From a virus (Duplodnaviria > Heunggongvirae > Uroviricota > Caudoviricetes), in the IMG/VR virus record IMGVR_UViG_2778261465_000004, positions 1 to 15,090 of that record: a stretch of DNA of 15,090 nucleotides; one strand, given 5' to 3'. Shown piece by piece: positions 1 to 8,406 of the stretch (within the stretch, counting starts at the first letter, position 1; each line of letters starts with the position of its first letter). The position numbers and the translations under genes were made by a program. The notes under the pieces are model-generated. The model was given only the letters and a program-made list of their open reading frames with translations. It did not search any database and was not told the origin of the DNA.

Positions 1-711
1 TTAGGCCTGTGTCCATATTACGTGGGTAGGATCAATCCGGTATTTTGATAATTGATGGCCCTGCAGGTTTTCGGCTTCACTCCATCTCGCGCCGGTGGCC
101 AGACATATTTTTGCAACCGTCAGCAGACTAGAGTTTTGAGAATCAGCACAGGCATCCAGCAGACGTTTAATTTCTTCCGGGGTCAGGAACGCCAATTCAC
201 TCTCAGCAATTTTAAATGTTGGCAGCCCGGCAAGCGGGTTGGGGGCTGACCAGTGGCCCAGCTTTTTCAGTGTACCAAAAACAGATGATAGATTGCGCTG
301 TTCAAGGTTTACCGTGCGGGGCTTAACGGGCGACATAAGCGTGCCATCTTCATTTCGTACTTCACCTTTTAACCGTGCTTCGCGGTATTTCGTAAAGTCA
401 CCGGCTGTCAGTTCTGAAGCGATGGGATCGCCTAGACCATTACAGATAATACTAAGTTTCGCCATGAGGCGCTTGGGGTCTGTGAGTGTTTGACCATACA
501 GGGAATACCACAGCTCAATTAATTCTGATAAATGTCGCCGATCTTCCTTTTCCCCCAGCCATGGTTTTTTGTTCACTTCTTCCATTGTGAAGCTTTCAAA
601 TGCAATAGCTTCGCCTTTGGTAGCAAATTGCTTACGCACGCGCTTACCATTGCGTCCATTGGGATAGCACTCACACAACCATTTTCCGTTCGGCTGTTTT
701 CTGATGGTCAT
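1..711 (-). CDS. int: Tyrosine integrase, P2/186 Int family; partial, C-terminal part runs off the left edge of the window
   Basis: ORF start ATG at 709-711. N-terminus GRNGKRVRKQFATKGEAIAFE and the LATGARWSEA arginine box resemble P2 Int as recalled. Start lies 3 nt from the cI stop (715-717), typical of a cI-int operon. Confidence 0.9.
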   Translation of the reverse strand: MTIRKQPNGKWLCECYPNGRNGKRVRKQFATKGEAIAFESFTMEEVNKKPWLGEKEDRRHLSELIELWYSLYGQTLTDPKRLMAKLSIICNGLGDPIASELTAGDFTKYREARLKGEVRNEDGTLMSPVKPRTVNLEQRNLSSVFGTLKKLGHWSAPNPLAGLPTFKIAESELAFLTPEEIKRLLDACADSQNSSLLTVAKICLATGARWSEAENLQGHQLSKYRIDPTHVIWTQA

Positions 712-714
712 AAG

Positions 715-1365
715 TTAGAGGTTCTTGATTACTTTGACTGCACGTCCTACGACTTCCACATCATCTACAGAACATTCAAATGAAGTGTCATCTTGGTTAA
801 CTACTATTTTGTTTCCAGGTATGCGCGCAATTTTGACGATGTTTTTCATACCGTCGATGTCTATGAGCCAAATTCCGTTACTAAGCTGTTTTGTTGATGT
901 ATCAACAATGTAATTGCCGTCGTTAGCTTTGACGTACAAACAATATTCGGCTTTTCCGGGTATCAAAGTCTGATCAAGGAAAACATCCCCCATCTCTTCG
1001 AGCGTTCCGTTCTCAATGGTTGCCTGCCTTACTGATGGGATAACTATCTTTGAAAGGGGGCGAACTATAGGTGAACTCTCGTTTTTGAACTTATTTTTTT
1101 CTTCTGTTTGAGGATACATTTCCCCTTGGCCCGTTGTCAGCCAAAGAAGAGAAATACCTGTTTCAAGGGCACATTGAATAACCCAGTCAGCAGGGAAGCT
1201 ATCACGTAACATCCTGTTTGCCATGGTGCTTTTTGATGCTTCGAGGTGTTCAACCAACGCTATCTGAGTGTTGAAACCATAGGCTGTCATCAGCCTTTTG
1301 ATGGTCTCTCTCCCTCCCGTATTTGCACCTGTACTAATCTTCAAGATGAACTCTCCATTTGACAA
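715..1365 (-). CDS. cI: CI-like lysogeny repressor (phage 186 CI type)
   Basis: 216-aa ORF. CALETGISLLWLTTGQGE and C-terminal WLIDIDG...IPGNK...FECSVDDVEVVGRAV blocks parallel 186 CI as recalled. The codon at 1363-1365 is TTG, so the true start may be TTG or an internal ATG (MTAYGF). Confidence 0.85.
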   Translation of the reverse strand: MSNGEFILKISTGANTGGRETIKRLMTAYGFNTQIALVEHLEASKSTMANRMLRDSFPADWVIQCALETGISLLWLTTGQGEMYPQTEEKNKFKNESSPIVRPLSKIVIPSVRQATIENGTLEEMGDVFLDQTLIPGKAEYCLYVKANDGNYIVDTSTKQLSNGIWLIDIDGMKNIVKIARIPGNKIVVNQDDTSFECSVDDVEVVGRAVKVIKNL

Positions 1366-1467
1366 TCCAATAACGAGATCGTATTTTTGTGTTTAACTTC
1401 TAATATGAGAGTTTAGAAGTTGGGGTTAAACATCATAAAACGAGCTTAAACCAAGAGATACTGCACT
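1366..1467. promoter_or_regulatory. Lysis-lysogeny switch region between cI and apl; contains a perfect 9-bp inverted repeat AACTTCTAA-N9-TTAGAAGTT (1395-1421), a candidate CI operator
   Basis: Inverted repeat read directly from the sequence; flanked by GTTTAAC (1391-1397) and GTTAAAC (1425-1431) motifs. In 186 the pR/pL promoters and CI operators occupy this position. Promoter hexamers not confidently assigned. Confidence 0.5.
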
Positions 1468-1710
1468 ATGAGCACAGATATTTCAATTCGTGTACCAAAA
1501 GAGATGGCTACGCCTGCTGAATTCGCTGAATGGGAAGGGATTTCCCGCGGGTCTGTTTACCAAAAAATTCACCATGGTCAACTCGCTAAGTACATGGTCA
1601 AGAAAGAAAAAAACAAAGGCCGCGTAAGCCTGCGTTATCTGATGTACAAAACTGATCAGGTCCGTGAATCCCTCGGTCATTCCAACTTCCGCGTCATTGT
1701 TGGTAAGTAA
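1468..1710 (+). CDS. apl: Apl/Cox-like excisionase / early repressor (small HTH protein)
   Basis: 80-aa ORF, first gene of the rightward early operon, directly opposite cI. Position and size match 186 apl / P2 cox. Sequence-level homology not verified. Confidence 0.6.
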   Translation: MSTDISIRVPKEMATPAEFAEWEGISRGSVYQKIHHGQLAKYMVKKEKNKGRVSLRYLMYKTDQVRESLGHSNFRVIVGK

Positions 1711-1742
1711 TTTCAATTATGGGAACTTTCTAAGGGAGCACC

Positions 1743-2252
1743 ATGTTTGATTACAAGATTTCCAAACATCCGCATTTTGATGAAGCCTGTAGAGCTTTTG
1801 CACTACGTCACAATATGGCGAAGCTAGCAGAACTCGCGGGAATGAACGTCCAGACGCTGCGTAACAAGCTGAACCCGGAACAACCGCATCAGCTCACTGC
1901 ACGAGATATCTGGCTACTTACCGATCTGACTGAAGATTCAACGCTGGTAGATGGTTTTCTGGCACAGATTCATTGTCTGCCATGTGTTCCGATTAATGAG
2001 GTGGCAAAAGAGAAACTACCGCATTACGTCATGAGTGCAACTGCAGAGATAGGGCGTGTCGCGGCTGGTGCGGTTTCTGGCGATGTAAAAACCAGTGCAG
2101 GCCGTCGTGATGCGATCAGCAGCATTAACTCTGTTACACGACTGATGGCGCTGGCTGCTGTTTCATTGCAGGCCCGTTTACAGGCTAATCCTGCGATGGC
2201 AAGTGCAGTTGATACCGTAACTGGTCTCGGTGCTTCATTCGGGTTGCTGTGA
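1743..2252 (+). CDS. cII: CII-like transcriptional activator (186 CII type)
   Basis: 169-aa ORF (same length as 186 CII) with AAGGGAG ribosome-binding site 4 nt upstream. Strings such as AGMNVQTLRNKLNPEQPHQ and LTEDSTLVDGFLAQIHCLPCVP match 186 CII as I recall it. Confidence 0.85.
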   Translation: MFDYKISKHPHFDEACRAFALRHNMAKLAELAGMNVQTLRNKLNPEQPHQLTARDIWLLTDLTEDSTLVDGFLAQIHCLPCVPINEVAKEKLPHYVMSATAEIGRVAAGAVSGDVKTSAGRRDAISSINSVTRLMALAAVSLQARLQANPAMASAVDTVTGLGASFGLL

Positions 2253-2259
2253 GGTGCTT

Positions 2260-2556
2260 ATGCTGACGAAAGAACCATCATTTGCATCGCTGCTGGTAAA
2301 GCAAAGCCCGGCAATGCACTACGGTCACGGCTGGATCATGGGTGAGGATGGAAAACGCTGGCATCCATGTCATTCACAAGACGAATTGCTGTCTGAATTG
2401 ACCACGAGGAAACAGAGAAAGTCAAAATGTATGCAGCGGAAGGTGAAGTGGTTTATCAGTTTCGTTACAGAGGGGAGAGTTATTCAGTACCTGAAGATGA
2501 TTTGCTCTGTTGTTATCCGTCGTTGTCGGGCGATGGCAGTTACTTTTTCACGCTAA
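2260..2556 (+). CDS. Hypothetical early protein (position of 186 fil); overlaps the next ORF in another frame
   Basis: ATG at 2260 just after the cII stop. The N-terminal ~56 aa look protein-like; the C-terminal part (Cys/Arg-rich) overlaps the 2427 ORF and may be read-through. Confidence 0.4.
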   Translation: MLTKEPSFASLLVKQSPAMHYGHGWIMGEDGKRWHPCHSQDELLSELTTRKQRKSKCMQRKVKWFISFVTEGRVIQYLKMICSVVIRRCRAMAVTFSR

Positions 2557-2651
2557 AGGATGGGACGTTTTTACGGGGAGAGCAGGTTAAAGAGACGATA
2601 CGAAAAAATGTATCTCCTCTTGAACGTTACCGTAATAACAAACAACGATAG
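2427..2651 (+). CDS. Hypothetical small early protein (position of 186 dhr)
   Basis: 74-aa ORF preceded by AGGAAACAGAGAAAG. Composition looks protein-like (MYAAEGEVVYQFRYRGESYSVPEDD...). Confidence 0.45.
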   Translation: MYAAEGEVVYQFRYRGESYSVPEDDLLCCYPSLSGDGSYFFTLKDGTFLRGEQVKETIRKNVSPLERYRNNKQR

Positions 2652-2673
2652 TTGCGTTTTGGGGATATGAATT

Positions 2674-3015
2674 ATGGCAATTAATTGCACTGCGGCGACT
2701 GTTCCATTAAGCCCCGGTGAACGCCTGAATGGACTTAATCACATTGCGGAGTTAAGGGCGAAAGTTTTTGGCCTGAATATTGAGTCAGAGCTTGAGCGGT
2801 TTATTAAAGATATGCGTGATTCACGGGATATTAATAGCGAACAAAATAAACGGGCACTGGCTGCCATATTCTTTATGGCAAAAATTCCAGCTGAACGTCA
2901 TAGCATCAGCATTAATGAGCTGACCACTGACGAAAAGCGGGAGTTGATTAAAGCAATGAATCATTTTCGTGCAGTGGTGAGCTTATTTCCCAGACGGCTA
3001 ACCATGCCGAATTAA
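2674..3015 (+). CDS. Hypothetical early protein
   Basis: 113-aa ORF with GGGGA ribosome-binding site 8 nt upstream; co-oriented in the early operon. Confidence 0.65.
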   Translation: MAINCTAATVPLSPGERLNGLNHIAELRAKVFGLNIESELERFIKDMRDSRDINSEQNKRALAAIFFMAKIPAERHSISINELTTDEKRELIKAMNHFRAVVSLFPRRLTMPN

Positions 3016-3082
3016 CCAACTAATGAAATTAATGGCGTAAACCCGCCAGGCATCCCTTTATCTAAATTCAGGAGAATTGATT

Positions 3083-3316
3083 ATGCGTAATATTGAAACC
3101 CTCACGACCAAAACCGGACCGGATGACGCAGGGCTTAATATTTTACTGACAGAGGCTCGTCTGGAAGAACGTCGAGCAAGGGCTGAAGCAATGGCAGCTC
3201 GCCTTGATAGTCTGGCGTGTCATATTACATCCCGCCAGCTAAACCACGTCGAAGCGGCAGAACTGCTGCGTGTGACTGCTGAAGCAATCCAGAACGAAGC
3301 GCAGGAGATCCACTAA
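3083..3316 (+). CDS. Hypothetical small helical protein
   Basis: AGGAGA ribosome-binding site at 3070-3075, ATG at 3083 (the track start at 3077 is TTG). Its stop overlaps the next start (TAATG at 3314-3318). Confidence 0.6.
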   Translation: MRNIETLTTKTGPDDAGLNILLTEARLEERRARAEAMAARLDSLACHITSRQLNHVEAAELLRVTAEAIQNEAQEIH

Positions 3317-3543
3317 TGGCTGATGCAATGGATCTCGTACAGCAGCGCGTTGAAGAAGAACGCCAGCGCCACATCCGTGCTGCCCGTGCCAAAACACCGG
3401 GCGTGTCTCGCGTGCTTTGCATTGAGTGTGAAGCGCCAATTCCGCCAGCACGCCGCCGCGCCATTCCGGGAGTGCAGCTTTGCATTACCTGTCAGGAAAT
3501 CGCAGAGCTGAAAGGTAAACATTACAACGGAGGTGCTGTATGA
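3316..3543 (+). CDS. TraR/DksA-family C4 zinc-finger protein (P2 Orf82-like)
   Basis: 75 aa with CIECEAP...CITCQE (Cys-x2-Cys ... Cys-x2-Cys) and basic RRRAIPG between them. Translationally coupled on both sides. Confidence 0.8.
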   Translation: MADAMDLVQQRVEEERQRHIRAARAKTPGVSRVLCIECEAPIPPARRRAIPGVQLCITCQEIAELKGKHYNGGAV

Positions 3544-4397
3544 GCACCATCCTGAAATGGGCGGGTAATAAAACCGCCATTATGTCCGAACTGAAAAAAC
3601 ACCTTCCTGCTGGCCCGCGACTGGTTGAACCTTTCGCGGGTTCTTGTGCTGTGATGATGGAGACGGATTACCCCAGCTATTTGGTTGCGGATATTAATCC
3701 TGATTTAATCAACCTCTATAAAAAGGTTGCCGCTGATTGTGAATCGTTTATATCTCGCGCCAGAGTTTTATTTGAGATCGCAAACAGGGAGGTGGCTTAT
3801 TACAACATAAGGCAGGAGTTTAATTACTCCACTGAAATTACTGATTTCATGAAAGCGGTATATTTCCTGTATCTCAATCGTCACGGTTACCGTGGTTTAT
3901 GTCGCTATAACAAGAGCGGGCATTTCAACATTCCCTACGGTAATTATAAAAATCCGTATTTCCCTGAAAAAGAAATTCGTGCATTTGCAGAAAAAGCCCA
4001 GCGGGCAACATTTATCTGCGCCAGCTTCGATGAAACGCTGGCAATGTTGCACGCGGGAGATGTGGTGTATTGCGATCCGCCGTATGACGGTACGTTTTCC
4101 GGCTATCACACTGATGGTTTCACTGAAGATGACCAGTATCACCTGGCATCCGTTCTTGAACATCGGTCATCAGAAGGACATCCAGTCATTGTTTCTAACA
4201 GTGACACATCCCTGATCCGTTCGCTGTATCGCAATTTTACTCACCACTATATCAAGGTAAAACGCAGCATCGGTGTGGCAGCTGGCGAGGGTAAATCAGC
4301 AACAGAAATCATTGCTGTTTCCGGGCCGTGCTGCTGGATGGGATTTGATTATTCGCGTGGCGTGGATAGTTCTGCCGTGTACGGAGTACGTGCATGA
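3540..4397 (+). CDS. dam: DNA adenine methyltransferase (Dam family, N6-adenine MTase)
   Basis: N-terminal KWAGNK and PFAGSCAV (AdoMet binding) plus catalytic DPPY motif (VYCDPPYDG). ATGA overlap with the upstream stop and with the A start. Confidence 0.9.
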   Translation: MSTILKWAGNKTAIMSELKKHLPAGPRLVEPFAGSCAVMMETDYPSYLVADINPDLINLYKKVAADCESFISRARVLFEIANREVAYYNIRQEFNYSTEITDFMKAVYFLYLNRHGYRGLCRYNKSGHFNIPYGNYKNPYFPEKEIRAFAEKAQRATFICASFDETLAMLHAGDVVYCDPPYDGTFSGYHTDGFTEDDQYHLASVLEHRSSEGHPVIVSNSDTSLIRSLYRNFTHHYIKVKRSIGVAAGEGKSATEIIAVSGPCCWMGFDYSRGVDSSAVYGVRA

Positions 4398-6808
4398 CTC
4401 ATGCCGATATGAACAACTGCTGCGGCTTTAACGAGGCTGCCGCAGCATTCTCATGGAACAGCCCGAAAAAGGCCATTAACCCTTATCTGGACCCGGCGGA
4501 AGTTGCGCCGGTTTCTACGCTTTCAAACCTGATCACTCTGTACGCTGCCGATAACGAGCAGGAACAGTTGCGCCGCGAGGCACTGAGTGATCAGGTCTGG
4601 GAGCGTTATTTCTTTAATGAATCACGTGATCCTGTCCAGCGCGAAATGGAGCAGGATAAGCTCATTAGCCGGGCAAAGCTGGCGCATGAGCAGCAGCGTT
4701 TTAATTCAGACATGGTCATTCTGGCGGACGTCAACGCCCAGCCTTCCCATATCAGCAAGCCGCTGATGCAACGTATTGAATACTTCAGCAGCCTGGGCAG
4801 GCCAAAGGCTTATTCCCGCTATTTACGTGAGACGATTAAGCCATGTCTGGAACGACTGGAGCATGTACGCGACAGTCAGCTATCTGCATCTTTTCGCTTT
4901 ATGGCAAGCCATGAAGGGCTGGACGGCCTGCTGATCCTGCCTGAAATGAGTCAGGATCAGGTGAAACGCCTGTCCACCCTGGTAGCTGCGCATATGAGTA
5001 TGTGCCTTGATGCAGCTTGTGGTGATTTGTATGCCACCGATGACGTTAAGCCAGAAGAAATCCGCAAGACATGGGAAAAGGTGGCAGCGGAAACCCTGCG
5101 TCTGGATGTCATCCCACCTGCGTTTGAGCAACTCCGTCGGAAAAGAAACCGCCGTAAACCCGTGCCCTATGAACTCATTCCGGGTTCGCTGGCGCGTATG
5201 TTGTGCGCCGACTGGTGGTATCGGAAATTATGGAAGATGCGTTGCGAATGGCGGGAAGAGCAGTTGCGCGCTGTTTGCCTGGTCAGCAAAAAAGCATCTC
5301 CTTATGTCAGCTATGAAGCCGTGATGCATAAACGTGAGCAGCGCCGTAAGTCGCTGGAGTTTTTCCGTTCTCATGAACTGGTGAACGAAGACGGCGACAC
5401 GCTGGACATGGAGGATGTGGTAAACGCCAGCAGCAGCAACCCTGCGCATCGCCGCAATGAGATGATGGCCTGTGTTAAAGGTCTGGAGCTTATCGCGGAA
5501 ATGCGCGGTGACTGCGCCGTTTTCTACACTATCACCTGTCCGTCGCGTTTCCATTCCACGCTAAATAACGGCAGACCAAACCCGACCTGGACAAACGCGA
5601 CGGTAAGACAAAGCAGCGATTATCTGGTCGGCATGTTTGCTGCATTTCGTAAGGCGATGCACAAAGCCGGGTTGCGCTGGTATGGCGTGCGGGTGGCTGA
5701 GCCGCATCATGATGGCACAGTTCACTGGCACCTGTTGTGTTTCATGCGCAAAAAAGACCGCCGTGCCATCACTGCATTACTGCGTAAGTTTGCCATCCGT
5801 GAAGACCGCGAGGAGCTGGGCAATAACACTGGGCCGCGCTTTAAGTCTGAGTTGATTAACCCGCGCAAAGGAACGCCGACAAGCTACATCGCGAAATATA
5901 TCAGTAAGAACATTGACGGTCGTGGTCTGGCTGGCGAGATCAGCAAGGAAACGGGTAAATCTCTGCGTGATAACGCTGAATACGTGAATGCCTGGGCGTC
6001 TTTGCATCGTGTTCAGCAATTCCGCTTCTTTGGCATTCCGGGGCGTCAGGCTTACCGTGAACTGCGATTGTTGGCTGGTCAGGCGGCAAGGCAACAGGGG
6101 GACAAAAATGCAGGTGCGCCGGTACTGGATAACCCGCGTCTTGATGCCATTCTGGCTGCTGCTGATGCTGGTTGTTTTGCCACCTACATCATGAAGCAGG
6201 GCGGCGTACTGGTTCCCCGTAAATATCACCTCATCAGAACCGCTTATGAAATCAACGAAGAGCCGACCGCCTATGGCGATCACGGCATTCGTATTTATGG
6301 CATCTGGTCACCCATTGCAGAGGGCAAGATCTGCACTCATGCAGTGAAGTGGAAAATGGTTCGTAAAGCCGTTGACGTTCAGGAGGCGGCAGCCGACCAG
6401 GGCGCTTGCGCCCCTTGGACTCGTGGCAATAACTGTCCCCTTGCTGAAAATTTGAACCAACAAGGGAAAGACAAATCAGCTGATGGGGATACCAGGACGG
6501 ACATTACCCGCATGGATGACAAGGAGTTGCACGATTACCTGCACAGTATGAGCAAAAAAGAGCGCCGGGAACTGGCTGCAAGGTTACGCCTGGTGAAACC
6601 GAAACGGCGTAAAGACTACAAACAGCGAATTACAGACCATCAGCGACAGCAGCTCGTCTATGAACTGAAGTCCAGAGGATTTGATGGCAGCGAGAAAGAG
6701 GTCGATTTACTCCTTCGCGGCGGCAGTATTCCGTCAGGAGCAGGCCTGCGTATCTTCTATCGGAACCAGCGTTTGCAGGAAGATGATAAGTGGCGGAACC
6801 TGTATTAA
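4394..6808 (+). CDS. A: Rolling-circle replication initiator, P2 gpA family (HUH endonuclease)
   Basis: 804 aa. HUH-type motif VHWHLL (codons at 5723-5731) and paired tyrosines YIAKYISK (5885-5899), as in P2 A / phiX174 A-type initiators. Position after the early operon matches. Confidence 0.9.
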   Translation: MTHADMNNCCGFNEAAAAFSWNSPKKAINPYLDPAEVAPVSTLSNLITLYAADNEQEQLRREALSDQVWERYFFNESRDPVQREMEQDKLISRAKLAHEQQRFNSDMVILADVNAQPSHISKPLMQRIEYFSSLGRPKAYSRYLRETIKPCLERLEHVRDSQLSASFRFMASHEGLDGLLILPEMSQDQVKRLSTLVAAHMSMCLDAACGDLYATDDVKPEEIRKTWEKVAAETLRLDVIPPAFEQLRRKRNRRKPVPYELIPGSLARMLCADWWYRKLWKMRCEWREEQLRAVCLVSKKASPYVSYEAVMHKREQRRKSLEFFRSHELVNEDGDTLDMEDVVNASSSNPAHRRNEMMACVKGLELIAEMRGDCAVFYTITCPSRFHSTLNNGRPNPTWTNATVRQSSDYLVGMFAAFRKAMHKAGLRWYGVRVAEPHHDGTVHWHLLCFMRKKDRRAITALLRKFAIREDREELGNNTGPRFKSELINPRKGTPTSYIAKYISKNIDGRGLAGEISKETGKSLRDNAEYVNAWASLHRVQQFRFFGIPGRQAYRELRLLAGQAARQQGDKNAGAPVLDNPRLDAILAAADAGCFATYIMKQGGVLVPRKYHLIRTAYEINEEPTAYGDHGIRIYGIWSPIAEGKICTHAVKWKMVRKAVDVQEAAADQGACAPWTRGNNCPLAENLNQQGKDKSADGDTRTDITRMDDKELHDYLHSMSKKERRELAARLRLVKPKRRKDYKQRITDHQRQQLVYELKSRGFDGSEKEVDLLLRGGSIPSGAGLRIFYRNQRLQEDDKWRNLY

Positions 6809-6900
6809 TTACGCGGGTTAACAATTCGTGCTCTTAATAATACCAGGCATTTCAGGCTGATGAACGTAAAAAAACGTTTTACATCAGTAAGATTATTATA

Positions 6901-6920
6901 TACTGTAAATATAAACAGTG
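6901..6920. promoter_or_regulatory. LexA box (SOS operator) TACTGTAAATATAAACAGTG upstream of the 6961 operon
   Basis: Perfect CTGT-N8-ACAG core (6903-6918) with an AT-rich spacer. A partial second site lies immediately downstream (ACAG at 6930-6933; left half GTGG). Candidate -35 TTTACA at 6878-6883. Confidence 0.7.
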
Positions 6921-6960
6921 GTTATATATACAGTATTACTTTGGTGTCATAGGAGGAAAG

Positions 6961-7149
6961 ATGCAGGACTATTTTTTGGAGTCTTTGAAGCTCCAGCGCA
7001 TTGATTTTTTTCTTAAGCTTGTAGCGGCTAGTGAGTGTAGTGATGAAGAGAAGGGGCTGGCTCTGCAGTGGGTTTCTGAATTGACTGATGAACTCATGGC
7101 AAAAATCAGAACCCACGAATACAACCGCTCAATGGATGTCATCAGCTGA
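6961..7149 (+). CDS. SOS-regulated small protein, possibly the antirepressor (Tum-like) module
   Basis: 62-aa ORF with AGGAGG ribosome-binding site 5 nt upstream, immediately downstream of the LexA box. Function inferred from position only. Confidence 0.6.
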   Translation: MQDYFLESLKLQRIDFFLKLVAASECSDEEKGLALQWVSELTDELMAKIRTHEYNRSMDVIS

Positions 7150-7159
7150 GGTGACCTTT

Positions 7160-7393
7160 ATGCGCATTGAAATAATGATCGATAAAGAGCAGAAGATTAG
7201 CCAGTCTACCCTGGACGCCCTTGAATCCGAGCTTTACCGCAATCTGCGCCCCCTGTATCCCAAAACGGTAATTCGCATCCGCAAAGGTAGCTCTAACGGT
7301 GTGGAACTGACCGGACTGCAACTGGACGAAGAAAGAAAACAAGTGATGAAGATTATGCAGAAGGTGTGGGAAGACGACAGCTGGCTGCATTAA
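7160..7393 (+). CDS. DinI-like protein
   Basis: 78 aa starting MRIEIMIDK and ending QKVWEDDSWLH, colinear with E. coli DinI (MRIEVTIAK...ETWESADDWF) as recalled. GAGGTGA ribosome-binding site 6 nt upstream. The longer track ORF from 7088 is rejected. Confidence 0.8.
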   Translation: MRIEIMIDKEQKISQSTLDALESELYRNLRPLYPKTVIRIRKGSSNGVELTGLQLDEERKQVMKIMQKVWEDDSWLH

Positions 7394-7552
7394 GAAAAGT
7401 TGCTGGCGTCTGAACTTGGTTCTGGCGTCAGCAAGGTTGAACAACGAGTACAGTGAGGCGTTAGGTGTGGCGTTTATTTGATGAGTGAACGCCCGTTCTG
7501 CGACAGGTTCGGAGATTAAGGTTGAAACTACGGGCAAAATACCATCTTTTTC

Positions 7553-7978
7553 CTACTTAATTGAGTCCAGTAACAAGTTACAGTTACTCTCATTGTAGAG
7601 AGAACGAGCAATTAGTGTTACCTGCTTTCCATTCATTCCCGGCTTATCCCATAACACAGCTTCTTGCGACGCCACAAATTCAGCATAATCAATTATGCGT
7701 TGTTCGTGATCTGGTTCCTCATAGCCAAAGTATGAGAGCGCATCGTTGTAAGCGTGGTAAGCTGCTTTCTGTAATATCTTGATATCGGCTGTAGGTACTT
7801 GCTCCGTGTAGCTAGGATCTAATTGTGTGCTACTGCCATAGAATGCACATGAAAGGTAAGATATTGATTTCTGTTGAGCTTTAGTTCCTTTCTCATAGTT
7901 TTTAGCTGTTACCGCCTGAACTGGGACGCTAACAAAGCTTGCAACCAGAATTAAAATTAATACGTAAAAGCTTTTCAT
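7553..7978 (-). CDS. Secreted/periplasmic protein of unknown function (cargo gene)
   Basis: 141 aa with classical signal peptide MKSFYVLILILVASFVSVPVQA (likely cleaved after VQA; no lipobox Cys). GAGGT ribosome-binding site 5 nt upstream. AT-rich relative to the phage backbone. Confidence 0.75.
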   Translation of the reverse strand: MKSFYVLILILVASFVSVPVQAVTAKNYEKGTKAQQKSISYLSCAFYGSSTQLDPSYTEQVPTADIKILQKAAYHAYNDALSYFGYEEPDHEQRIIDYAEFVASQEAVLWDKPGMNGKQVTLIARSLYNESNCNLLLDSIK

Positions 7979-8196
7979 TTTGACCTCAGCCGAAACGTTA
8001 GAGAGACTATCGAAATTTGTAAAACCCGTGGCGATTCAGTTTGAGATCCTCCCCCTTACATGATTTTTAATCAAATATATACTTTTGTAAGCATACCTGT
8101 TAACCGAATTATTTATTTTTAGAGATCTTCCGACATACTGATTATGCCCGCTGAGGAGTTCACCTTGCGTAAGGTCCGATTCGCTTTACTCGTCTG

Positions 8197-8297
8197 TGCA
8201 TGTCTATGCTGCATGAGATTGCATGATCGTTTGAGGATCGTTTTTGCTAAGGCCCGCCAGAACTGGCGGGCTTTTGCGTAGATCATGCACCTGCATG
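8197..8297. repeat. Cluster of five TGCATG/CATGCA motifs flanking a hairpin, just upstream of the cos-like motif
   Basis: TGCATG at 8197, 8210, 8220 and 8292; inverted copy CATGCA at 8284. Spacing of 10-13 bp between the first three. Confidence 0.4.
8252..8278 (+). terminator. Intrinsic terminator-like hairpin GCCCGCCAG-AA-CTGGCGGGC followed by TTTTGCG
   Basis: Perfect GC-rich stem followed by a T-run on the plus strand; sits in a GC-rich islet inside AT-rich cargo. Confidence 0.6.
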
Positions 8298-8320
8298 AAA
8301 ACCATTACATAAAGCGGGCA

Positions 8321-8339
8321 GGCGTGGCGGGGATACGAG
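8321..8339. other. Putative cos (cohesive end) remnant or variant
   Basis: GGCGTGGCGGGGATACGAG: the first 13 nt match the 19-nt cohesive end I recall for phage 186 (GGCGTGGCGGGGAAAGCAT; P2 GGCGAGGCGGGGAAAGCAC), the last 6 diverge. Location between the A/tum region and the portal fragment is where cos sits in P2/186 prophages. Confidence 0.35.
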
Positions 8340-8406
8340 CGCGCGCTTATTACTTTGATAGTACTCGGGTTATAATATGGATGACTATCTATCTCGGAGA
8401 ATGTAC

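Noticed and set aside
52-783. Plus-strand ORFs 52-249, 239-493 and 532-783 across the integrase region
   Set aside because: They are antisense to the well-supported integrase and cI genes, lack ribosome-binding sites and have odd composition; typical shadow ORFs.
1483-1716. Minus-strand 77-aa ORF overlapping apl
   Set aside because: Antisense to the first gene of the early operon; no start context; apl's position and context are much more plausible.
3225-3522. Several minus-strand and alternate-frame ORFs (3225-3485, 3239-3451, 3313-3522, 3323-3511) over the TraR-like gene
   Set aside because: They overlap a gene with a clear zinc-finger signature and translational coupling; their Arg/Cys/Ala-rich composition is typical of GC-rich antisense frames.
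3892-6283. Internal and antisense ORFs inside dam and gene A (3892-4215, 3897-4163, 4880-5131, 5007-5324, 5228-5554, 5637-5855, 5777-6283, 5988-6194)
   Set aside because: All nested in or antisense to genes with strong catalytic motifs; no independent start signals.
7088-7159. Upstream extension of the DinI-like ORF starting at 7088
   Set aside because: The extension overlaps the preceding 62-aa gene and encodes implausible sequence; ATG 7160 has a GAGGTGA ribosome-binding site and gives a DinI-length protein starting MRIE.
7142-7537. Minus-strand 131-aa ORF antisense to the DinI-like gene
   Set aside because: Antisense to a gene with family-level similarity; no ribosome-binding site.
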